A DNA stretch of 64,000 nt from an uncultured Armatimonadia bacterium (lineage in GTDB: Bacteria; Armatimonadota; Zipacnadia; CAVVLO01), in assembly GCA_963749155.1 (NCBI GenBank), contig CAVVLO010000001.1, positions 64,001 to 128,000 of the forward strand, written 5' to 3'. Under the pieces are notes generated by a model. It was not told the origin of the DNA and ran no database searches. It saw only the letters and a list, made by a program, of their open reading frames with translations. The translations under genes were made by a program, and so were the position numbers. Within the stretch, counting starts at the first letter, position 1; the number at the start of each line of letters is the position of its first letter. Below, piece after piece: positions 42,801 through 51,533 of the stretch.

Positions 42801-43725
42801 TGGGCGTCCATACGGGGTCTGGGCATACAAGACCAGCCACGTGCCCGCCACCGACTATGACATCGCCAGCCTGCAAGCCAACACAACGGTGACAGTGGAT
42901 ATCGTGCTGCACCGAGTGACCCAGCAAACCAAGTCCATCGGCGCGGACGTGCTGACCTGGGCTATCTGTGAGTCCTACCCCGGCTTCTCGCTGGGCAGCG
43001 CCAGCAGTGACGGTTACGAGGTCAGCGCCTACTTCGGGAAGTTCAAGCCCTCCCTCGCACTGACTTATCACACCGAGCAGGGCTCCAATCTGGTGACTGT
43101 GGACAACTTCGTCCTCGGGCTGGTCGGTGACTCTTTCTGGGAGTCCAATGTCTCTTCCAACTGGAATCCCCTCGACCTGGTCAGTTCCGCTGTCGAGACA
43201 GCGAGCGATGCGGCCCTTGGATTTGTGTTCGGCGAAAAAGCTGGCAAGGTCGTCGCCCAGCTCGCCAAACTGGCAGGGCCACTCAACAGCATCTTCAACC
43301 TGGCGACGGGCGATGTCGACCCGAGTCAATTGAACGACGATAATGAGATAATCGGCACCTATACTACCCATACCGGTACCAAGCGCGAGGACAGCACCCT
43401 TATAGAACTGCCAAGCACCGAGGTGCCTATCGGGATGAGCTTCAAGGGCGGGCAGACCATCGTACGCTGCGACCGCATCGAGGTTACCGATGGCGACAAG
43501 ACGAAGACCTTCAACCGCCAGTGGTACTCCGACAGTGAGTGCCTCTACGCAGTGAACGAGACCTTCAATCTGGAGAATCTGGAAGTCCGTTGCTACCTCA
43601 GGGTGCTCAATCAGAATCTCTCCCCGGGTCCGCTCTACGCCAACTCGAAGAACTGGCTGGTGTGGAAGCCTGGCAAGACGCGCTCTTTGAAGTTCGAGGC
43701 CAACAATTACCCCTTCATCCCATAG
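39814..43725 (+). CDS. large secreted protein: propeller-like N-domain, acidic linker, 2 CARDB-like, carboxypeptidase-regulatory-like repeats, unknown C-domain (paralog A)
   Basis: Signal peptide. VDPGNEVPEANEDNN and VDPEGKLVDLAPDNN motifs. TDSTG/TDSQG prealbumin-like repeats. Confidence 0.8.
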   Translation: MRLLTLLLLLILGVPTLAAQSTVLEPVSPVDLRASYSTSSLAVPEVWADDAGHVVAAFPAKPVSASNTSPSTPYVACKSGSSWEVTELELPDVHSIGSTARLQLVGKWGDLYCFVKWGKKEYYYYTSTNGTSWSGPKVAATLYSSSDPGTARAGYVQDTPFFCCNQQGGANTKGQWFFWKQGSSFQGVRIAQRFVGSNYTLIDSAVDDRGRIYYVFVDGSSRATILSAPSLEAAKQTTSWKVLPSDINAMARDIWSTPHQGLALDPASQCLWLLSGSHAGEMQLTRLPFGATTKGASTSYTLGLPEGGTGFDYHGFVTNDRGAIGLLRSWSIRQDDVLRPHLTLYPISGSGVGTPLNLVRGGSDTESVTFRSSFGGVCGGVTPNGMAWMGAISEKLGEEPAGRRRLFLSKVTGWATNKQSPVTTAFGFGDAQQPDDARPPDTGPSDDTTPPDPVEPGVSGGDEGTPEVGTKPDFEISIRLGSARDVETEELQFNSLVRNVYVRVTNKGAQYFGDLPLKVFIGGTTAKFTFPDPSGHTMPLLKTGQSLSVNLLDIRFTPDGTAMEEPPAVIDCNTPGTHIVRVRTALGKYQISAFVDPGNEVPEANEDNNKDFLTFVLYDGREDTDRIPRTGESGYHYGANDVAIYDARILPNCSFSRFGLRQKPTTLALVVTNPRAARWMKQVEVVAKLDGQVLDTKTLPLVPDQPALSIAELPWSDLSGPPGEKTIRGEPVLFPLDLTTVALGQHTLEILVDPEGKLVDLAPDNNKVTLRFNVRPPGGTLTVKCQDSGNKQAISGATVRLENLWYMKTDSTGTATVEDFPPANYNDQTMSAEKLEPTRPYARKYAEPFSVKSQQTTNVTLELDGPVDIVGSITGPDGQKPVWGASVGFTGEYAKASYNRETGQYKITFAEPGANSIKVQAYGYLDKTVQGTYIADADGQAQQDIQLQEAPKGNVQGQVISYTGSPMAGVVVSLGGCPLWAETDSQGHYQINGAMAGRPYGVWAYKTSHVPATDYDIASLQANTTVTVDIVLHRVTQQTKSIGADVLTWAICESYPGFSLGSASSDGYEVSAYFGKFKPSLALTYHTEQGSNLVTVDNFVLGLVGDSFWESNVSSNWNPLDLVSSAVETASDAALGFVFGEKAGKVVAQLAKLAGPLNSIFNLATGDVDPSQLNDDNEIIGTYTTHTGTKREDSTLIELPSTEVPIGMSFKGGQTIVRCDRIEVTDGDKTKTFNRQWYSDSECLYAVNETFNLENLEVRCYLRVLNQNLSPGPLYANSKNWLVWKPGKTRSLKFEANNYPFIP

Positions 43726-43850
43726 GGAAGTGAAGCGCGCAAGGTTCTCTCGCCCTATTGTTAGTTCGTAAAAACGGGGATACACTACTAGAGGCACCGG
43801 TCGCCCGCGCAATGGGCAACTCAGCCCACCTTTCTCCTGGGGGAGTCGTC

Positions 43851-46800
43851 ATGCGTCTGCTTGCGATCCCGCTTCTGATAGTCTTCTGTGCCTGCGCCTT
43901 TGCTGCCCAAAGCACCCTCCTCGAGCCTGTCAGCACCAGTGATATGCATCCCCATACCGCTGTAGCAGGCGATCTCTGGACAGATGACGCGGGTCACGTG
44001 GTGGCTGCCTATTTCGGCAGGCCTGTACCTTCTACCAATATGACCCCATACCGGGCTTATGTAGCGGTGAAAAACGGTTCCTCCTGGAATCAGGTTGCGC
44101 TGCCTCCTATGACTGGTATCAATACTGGACCTGCGGCTCGCATCCAGCTCGTGGGGAAGTGGGGCGATCTCTACTGCTTCCTGGCCTACCAGGGCACAAA
44201 ACAACTCTACTACTACACTAGCAGCAATGGCGCTTCCTGGTCAGGCCCGAAGGAGGCTGCCACCTTCTCGGGTTCTGCCCATCCCAAGACCGCCGCTGCA
44301 GGCTATTCGGGCTCGACACCCTTCTTCTGCGCGATCGAATTAGGCGTCGAAAGTGTCCGTGGAGTATGGTTCTATTACAAGAGCGGAACAAGCTTTACGA
44401 AAGTCAAAGTCAGCGATGTCGTCAGCCCCAATATGTCGCCTACAGATCTCCAGGTTGATGAGCGAGGGCGTATCTATTATGCCTGGACGCGCATATCGGG
44501 CCAGTATCGCCCCCTCGTGGCTTGCGCTCCCAGCTTCGAAGCGGCCAAGCAGAGCGCGAATTGGCTCGTATTGCCTGCGGCAGGCGCGACAACGGGCACC
44601 AAATATTGGCCCGCCTATCTGAAAGATATGAAAATCGACCCCGCTCGGCAGTGTTTATGGGGTCTTTGCAGAGGCAGCAGTGGCCCTCTGCAGCTTGCAA
44701 GGCTCCCCTTTGGAGCTTTGGATAATTCCAGCTTGCGCGCCTGGACCTTGACCGTCCCAGAGGAAGGCCAAATCACCGGCGCGGACAGCCATTCGCTGGT
44801 GGCCAATGGAAAAGGTGATGTCGGCGTCCTGCTTAGCTGGTTTCACAAGGTCGGCACTTACAACGACTATCTGGTGACCTTCTATCCGACCTCTGCCGAG
44901 GGGATGGGCCAGCCTGTCACCTTGCAGAGGGGTGGCAGCCAGACCGAGGCTAATCTCTTCACCAGCAACTGGGACTGCCACCTGTGGACGCGTCGATAAT
45001 CAGGGCGTCGCCCACGTGATGGCGGTCTCTATCAAGAAGGGCGAAGTGCCCGAGGGACGCGAACGCTGCTTCTATTCGACAGTCTCAGGCTGGAGTCCAA
45101 ATCTCCACGCCCCAGAGCAGACCGCCTTTGGCACGACAGGAGGAAGTGCGGACGACCAGACCGCCACCGACGACACTACCGATGACACCACCACCACTGA
45201 CGACACTCCAGATGACACTGTCACTGCTGATACAGGCGGCGGGGGTGACACGACCCCCGAAGGCGGGGCCAAGCCGAATTTCAAGGTCGAACTCGCTATC
45301 GCAACCGCAATCACCGATAGCAAAGACCTGAACTTCGTTGACAACTCTATAAGGCTTGCTCTCTATGTCACCAATACGGGCGCCCAGTATTACGGCGACC
45401 TGGAAGTAAAGGCCTTCGTTGCGGGCACAACGCTCAAGTATGTCTTCCGCGATGAAAGCAGTCACCAGCAGCCTCTTTTCACGACAGGCCAGCGTAAATA
45501 TGCCGACCTGGCGACTGTGGCCTTCATCACCACTGGAGAAGTGCCCCCCCAGCCTCAGGTGGTTGACTGTAATGTGGGCGGCACCCGGAGAGTCCCACTG
45601 ACCCCGGCACTTGGCAAATATGTGCTCAGCGTTTTTGTGGACCCGGCCAACGCCGTGGACGAGTCCGATGAGGAGAACAACAAGGATTTCCTGAATCTGA
45701 CCTTCTATGATGGTAAAAACAAAGCCGACCAGCGCCCCAAGACAGCCACAGAGCCCTTCCATTACGGATTCAACGATGTCCGGGTGATGGGGGCCAAGGT
45801 GCTTACAAATTGTCAGTTCAGCCAGTTTGGGCTGAGGCAGAAGCCAACCCAGCTTGCGGTTGTAATTGAAAATCCCTGGGGCGCTCGCTGGATGAAGCAG
45901 GTAGAAGTCCAGGCGAAGCTGGATGGGCAGTTGCTGGGCACCCAGACGATAGAACTGGTGCCTGATGCCCTTACAATGAGTTACTCGGAGATCCCCTGGA
46001 GCAACCTGGGCTCTCCAGGAGAAAAGATAATCCGCGGCGCTCCGGTGCTCTTCCCACTGGATTTGACGAGTGTCGCCCTCGGTCAACACACAATCGAGGT
46101 CCTTGTCGACCCCGAGAACAAGCTGGGCGACTTGCTAACCTCGAATAACAAGTGGACTGCCCAGTTCAAGGTGCGAGCGCCCGGTGGCACTCTCAACGTG
46201 AAAGGCCTTGATAGTGGCAGCAAAGCGCCCATACCTGGTGTTGATGTGCGGCTCGAGGGGCTCTGGTATATGAAGACCAACGCCTCAGGCATCGCCACCG
46301 TCGAGGACTTCCCAGGCGCTAACTATGGGGAGAAGACGCTCTCGGCTGAGAAGCTAACTTCGGACAAGCCTTATGCCCGGAAATTCGCGCCTCCCTTCAG
46401 TGTCAGGACTCTGGAGACCACCAACATCACCATCGAACTGGACGGGCCAGTAGATATTTATGGCTCTGTCACTGGTCCGGACGGGCAAAAGCCGACTTAT
46501 GGCGCGGTTTTAGGATTCAGTGGCGAATGCGCCAAGACGAGTTACAACCAGCGAACAGGCCAGTATCAGATAACTTTTGCCGCGCCTGGGTCGAATACGG
46601 TCAGCGTGAACGCTTACGGTTATCTGGCAAAATCCGTAACTGATAATTTCCTTGCCGATGCTCAAGGCAAGCGGCGCCTGGATATCCAGTTGCAGGAAGC
46701 GCCCAAAGGCAACATCCACGGCAAGGTAACGGGAATGTCTGGCACAGCAATGGGAGGAGTCATTGTTACACTGGATGGCTCTCCCTTCTGGACCACAACC

Positions 46801-47763
46801 GATGCCCAGGGCAACTACCAGCTAACAGGAGTAATGGCAGGTCAAGGGTATGGGATTACCCCCTATGAGAAGGGCTATGTGCCAGCCACGAATTATGTGT
46901 TGCCCAGCCTGATTGCGAACACGACGGTGACGATGGATGTCGTGATGCACAAGGTAACCCAGCAGCTCAAATCTATTGGCGCCGACGTACTCACCTGGGC
47001 TATCTGTGAGTCGTATCCTGGTTTCGAGCTGGGTAGCGCCAGCAGTGATGGCTTCGAGGTCAAGGCTTATTATGGGCGGTTCAAGCCCTCTCTTGCCCTG
47101 ACCAGTCACACTGAGGAGGGCACCAACCTGGTCACCCTGGACAATTTCGTCCTGGGTGTATTGGGCAATTCCTTCTGGGAATCCAATGTCTCCTCTACCT
47201 GGAATCCCCTCGATCTGGTGAGTTCGGCAGTCGAGACGGCAACCGACACAGCTCTTGGATTGATTTTTGGCGAGGACGCGGGCGAAGTTGTGGCCCAGCT
47301 TGCTGAACTCGTCGATCCGCTCAACAGTGTCATCAACCTCGCGACAGGCGATATCGATCCAAGCCAGCTCCACGGAGATGACGAGATAATCGGCACCTAT
47401 ACCTCTCACACTGGCGACAAGGTCGAGGACACGACTTTGATTGAGTTGCCAAGCACCGAAGTAGACATCGGGATGAGCTTCGCAGGCGGGCAGACCATCG
47501 TCCGGGTAGATCGCATTGAGGTTACCGACGGCAACAAGACAAAGACCCTCAACCGTCAATGGTATTCGGACCAGGAGTGCGCCTACTGGATAGGTGACAC
47601 CTTCGATATGGATAATCTGGAGATCATCTGCTATATGCAGGTGCTGAATCAGGATCTCTCGCCTGGCCCGCTCTACGCCAACTCGAAGAACAGGCTCATC
47701 TGGAAGCCCTACAAGACCCACTGGCTGAGGTTCGAAGCTTTTCCATATCCCTTTATCCCATAG
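43851..47763 (+). CDS. tandem paralog B of 39814..43725, +1 frameshift at ~44972
   Basis: ORFs 43758..44999 and 44932..47763 align colinearly with paralog A, and both end in YPFIP. Confidence 0.8.
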
Positions 47764-47819
47764 GGAAAAGAGCTGCGCAGGCGAATCTCTCTCTGGTACT
47801 CATCCAGGGAGGGAGCAGG

Positions 47820-48590
47820 ATGACAGCAATAGAGTTCAGCGCGCTCATCGAGGCGCATTTCGGCGGGTTGTCAGGGGAAGAAGGCCTGCAATATGGTGAT
47901 CCCGAGCAGCGGGTCACCGGCCTGGCGGCGGCGTGGTTCCCCACAGTTGCGGCTTTCCGCACAGCGGCCGAGGTCGGCGCCAGTCTGCTGCTTGTCCACG
48001 AAGAGCTTTTCTGCCCTTATGAGTTTCTTCCCCGGCCCGAAAACTGGCAGGACTGGGGCGTCAACCGCGCCCGCCGGGCCGCGCTGGACGAGTGCGGGGT
48101 CGGCTGCTATCGGCTACATTACACCGCCGATGTGCACGGTATACTGGACGACTTCCGCCTTGCGCTGGGCTTCCCCGAACCGGAGATAAGAGAAGGCTTG
48201 CAGCAGCTCTGCAGGCTGCCTGAGAGGCGTTTTGCGGAGTGGATCCCCGAACTCAAGCAGCGGCTGGGCCTCGGTCACGTGCGGGTCGCCGGCCCGCTGG
48301 ACAAGCCGGTCAGCCTGCTGGGCCTGGCCTGGGGCGGACTGGGGATATCTCTCAACGCCGGCTTCCTGAACCAGATGGTAGCCCTCGGCGCCGAGGGCAT
48401 CATCGCCGGCGAAGTGGACGAGTATGCCCTCCGGATGCTGGAAGACCTCGGCGTACCCGTCTTCGAGGCCGGCCATTGCATCAGCGAAGAGGCCGGCTTC
48501 CGCCGCTTCGCTACCGAACTGGCCGCCGACTTGTTCCCCGCCCTGCCCTTCACCTTTATCAAGCAAGGCAGAGGGTATGAGGTGGTCTAG
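47820..48590 (+). CDS. Nif3-like (DUF34) dinuclear metal protein
   Basis: GLQYGDP, LLLVHE, LH..AD, GE and GHCISE motifs. Confidence 0.85.
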   Translation: MTAIEFSALIEAHFGGLSGEEGLQYGDPEQRVTGLAAAWFPTVAAFRTAAEVGASLLLVHEELFCPYEFLPRPENWQDWGVNRARRAALDECGVGCYRLHYTADVHGILDDFRLALGFPEPEIREGLQQLCRLPERRFAEWIPELKQRLGLGHVRVAGPLDKPVSLLGLAWGGLGISLNAGFLNQMVALGAEGIIAGEVDEYALRMLEDLGVPVFEAGHCISEEAGFRRFATELAADLFPALPFTFIKQGRGYEVV

Positions 48591-49912
48591 TCTACGTCCC
48601 CTGGGCTGGCGAGCAAGGTCATAAAAGTAACCGCGAGCGCCAGGCTGACGAACAGCACCTGGTTGAGCTGGCCTGGCTTGCTTGGTATGGTAAGCGCGCC
48701 GGTCTCGGGACTTTGCTTGAGTTCTCCAATCAGGGTGATGGCAGTCTGCTCCCAGGCCTGGAATATCAGGGCAACCTTCGCCTGGGCTGGTGATTTACGT
48801 GAGAGCCACCAAAGGCCTGCCCCATCGGCGATGACTCCAAACCGCACTAGCTCTCGCACTGGCCAGGCGGCGTGTTCGGGCGTCATCTGCCAGCGCACAA
48901 GCTTGTCGGCGTTGAAGAAGGTCGGGCAGGTCCAGACCATTGTCCAGGGCCACAACTTGCCGCCGAAGACGCCCATCATCGGCAGCAGCATCCCAAGCAG
49001 CGGCGCGTCCACCCCCTGGGCAAGAGTAGGCTTGTCCTGCATCGCTCCCTCATAGCAGAGCATCCAAAGCCCGCGAGTGGCAAGCTCAGCGAACAGGGGC
49101 AGATTCTGGCTGAACTCCGGCTCGAAGCGATGTTCCAGCTTGCTGAAACCATACCCCATCACCCCGCCCGCGACCGTGCCGAAAGTGACCTCCATCGCCT
49201 TCCACCAGTCAACCCAGTCCTCGCCAGCGGGCCCGAAGGGTTTGCTCAGTCTGCCCCAGGCCTGCACTGATTGCCCAGCAGGGAAGCCAAGCCCCCCGGC
49301 GAGCATCCCCCAGGCGCCGAGTTTGGCCGCGTCCCTGTCGCCGCGCGCAAGGAGATAAGCTTCCAGTAACAGAAGGGCAGCCCAGAAGCCGCCCCAGGAC
49401 TCCGGCCGCGGTACGGGATCGGTCCGTTTGGAGAAGTAGATTGCAGGCAGTTTGTCTGGCGGTTTGTGCGGCCGGTTCAGCTGTTCAAGCCCGACCTGAT
49501 AGGCGCCGAACATCGCCAGCAGAAGCGCGCCAACTTCGAGGGCCGAGTATTTCTTCTTGCTGGCCGCCATCCCGAGGAAAGCCCCCGCCAGGCCAATCCA
49601 GACCGCGCCCTTGATTGCCAGGCCTGCATAACCGAGAGCGCGCTGGTCCTTGTATTCTTCCTCCAAAGTCAGCCCAATCGTCTGCCCATAGGTCATCTTG
49701 CCGCCGAAAGCCATCGCCGAGGAGCCGACCGCGCCCAGCCTGAGAGCAGCTTTTCGTACCTTGGGATTATCCGAAACCACCCCTAAGGCAAGGCCAAGCA
49801 GCGCCCCAGGGGCCATCGCGCCTCGCTGGTGACCGAACACCCCTCTGATGCCCCAGCCCAGTCCCATCGCGGCGGCGGGCAGAGCGACCTTAACCCATTT
49901 GGGCACTGCCAT
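48587..49912 (-). CDS. polytopic membrane protein of unknown function
   Basis: About 10 hydrophobic segments. GWGIRG.FGH, MTYGQTIG and WWKAME motifs. Confidence 0.75.
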   Translation of the reverse strand: MAVPKWVKVALPAAAMGLGWGIRGVFGHQRGAMAPGALLGLALGVVSDNPKVRKAALRLGAVGSSAMAFGGKMTYGQTIGLTLEEEYKDQRALGYAGLAIKGAVWIGLAGAFLGMAASKKKYSALEVGALLLAMFGAYQVGLEQLNRPHKPPDKLPAIYFSKRTDPVPRPESWGGFWAALLLLEAYLLARGDRDAAKLGAWGMLAGGLGFPAGQSVQAWGRLSKPFGPAGEDWVDWWKAMEVTFGTVAGGVMGYGFSKLEHRFEPEFSQNLPLFAELATRGLWMLCYEGAMQDKPTLAQGVDAPLLGMLLPMMGVFGGKLWPWTMVWTCPTFFNADKLVRWQMTPEHAAWPVRELVRFGVIADGAGLWWLSRKSPAQAKVALIFQAWEQTAITLIGELKQSPETGALTIPSKPGQLNQVLFVSLALAVTFMTLLASPGDVD

Positions 49913-49917
49913 AACTC

Positions 49918-51246
49918 TCACTCCCCAGGTGGCGCTTCATCCCAGGCATCGAAGTTGTCCACGACGTTCTGCTCCAGCACAACCTGCCCTTTGGACTCGT
50001 TCAGCAGGCTCTCCCCATACCGGAACCTGTTGCCAGTGATGACGGCGCTCTGGACGCGCTCTGTCAGGTGGATCTGATACTTCTGATGGTCTCCGATGAA
50101 GTAAGGGGTCCGATTATGCACGCCAAACTCGCAGCCGATTACCGACACCGACGGGCAGTCGGCCAGCAATGCGGGGGAGAGATCGCCCTGGGTGTCCCAA
50201 AATTCGAAGGTGCAATCCATAAAGCTGATGCGGCCCATCCCATGAGCGCGGAAGAGCGAGCTTGTGCCAGGCATCGGCGAGAACCAGCACTGCGAAAACT
50301 TTATTGGCCCCTGGTTGGTCGGTTCGATGTCGATCCCCCAGCCCTTGAACACGCACTGGCTGGCCGTGATGCCGCTGGAGTTTTCGACGACCATATTGTA
50401 TTCGGACTCGTCTATCCCGCAACGGGTCAGCGCGATGTAGTTGGGCGGGCCGGTGCGTTTCTCGTTGCCGCCCTTGCCCTCGAGGAACCTGAAACCCACA
50501 TGCACTCCCAGGGCAAAGCAGTTCTCAAACCACACCCAGTCAGCCTTTCCGATTATGAAGGCCTCACAGTTGGCCATTTTCCACAGGTCCAGTTCTCCGT
50601 GGTAGGGGAAGAAGAAAGTGACATACTGCACGTTGCGCACGCGTCCGACATCCACCGAGCCGTCGATGTAGATGCCCCGGCGCAAGGCGCTGCCGTAGAT
50701 TCCATCTATGAAGAACCTGCCGCAGGGGTAAGTGCCGAAATCTATCATCTGCCAGGACCGCACGATGAGACAGTTGACCACCTGGCAGTCAGGCCCGCGC
50801 CCCTGAATCGTCCACGGATAGGCGAAGGGCGGCACGGTCGCGACGACCTGCTCGGGATAAGTAATAACGAGACCGCTGATGCAGCCGCCTCCCTCCAGCG
50901 TGATAAAGGGAGGGCCATCCTCGACCCCTTTGCCCTCGGTCGGAAGCAGCACAGAGCCGGTCTCGCGCCCAGGCGGAGCGTTCCAGGTACCGCGCAAGGT
51001 CACCCCCTGGGGGACGGTGACATGGCCACGGAAGAGATAATGACCACCAGGCACATAGACCTCGCTGCCCTTCTCTCTGGCCGCATCAAGTGCCGCCTGG
51101 AAAGCGGCGGTGTTGTCGGTAGCCTCAGCAGTGCCGTAATTGGCGATGGCTCCGAAGTCAAGGACGTTCAGCCTTGTTGGCGCCTCCTGCGCAAAAGCGG
51201 AAGCTCCCAGGCACACCATAACGAGTAAAACGAGGAAATAACGCAC
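49918..51246 (-). CDS. secreted pectate-lyase-superfamily beta-helix protein
   Basis: NVLDFGA, DNTAAFQAALD, VYVPGGHY. GTG start after GGAGG. Confidence 0.85.
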   Translation of the reverse strand: MRYFLVLLVMVCLGASAFAQEAPTRLNVLDFGAIANYGTAEATDNTAAFQAALDAAREKGSEVYVPGGHYLFRGHVTVPQGVTLRGTWNAPPGRETGSVLLPTEGKGVEDGPPFITLEGGGCISGLVITYPEQVVATVPPFAYPWTIQGRGPDCQVVNCLIVRSWQMIDFGTYPCGRFFIDGIYGSALRRGIYIDGSVDVGRVRNVQYVTFFFPYHGELDLWKMANCEAFIIGKADWVWFENCFALGVHVGFRFLEGKGGNEKRTGPPNYIALTRCGIDESEYNMVVENSSGITASQCVFKGWGIDIEPTNQGPIKFSQCWFSPMPGTSSLFRAHGMGRISFMDCTFEFWDTQGDLSPALLADCPSVSVIGCEFGVHNRTPYFIGDHQKYQIHLTERVQSAVITGNRFRYGESLLNESKGQVVLEQNVVDNFDAWDEAPPGE

Positions 51247-51271
51247 ACCCTCACCCCTCCAACTGACCAGC
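51233..51271. repeat. direct repeat copy 1 (RBS and first codons of 49918..51246)
   Basis: 25-bp core ACCCTCACCCCTCCAACTGACCAGC identical at 51247-51271 and 55349-55373. Confidence 0.9.
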
Positions 51272-51533
51272 TACATAACACTTAGCCAGCGGAGAGGAGA
51301 GTCCTGCGAGGGAGAAGGAACCCTTTGTACGCGCCCGGCTTAGCAACTAGGCTTTTACGACTGGGCCTTCGACCTTTGAGAAGCATTGCAGGTATAACCC
51401 AAAGGCTGGCGAAGCCAGCATAACACTCTACGGATTTCAGGCTTATCTGGTCAGGCGCCCCGCCTGGAGCTAGAACGAAGACCGTCTTCCTTTGGTCCTG
51501 CTTGTTAATCGGACTACACCTGGAGGTCGTAAA

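Noticed and set aside
39814..47763. Diversity-generating retroelement template/variable repeat pair
   Set aside because: Differences between the paralogs are not adenine-specific and span whole genes, and no reverse transcriptase is present.
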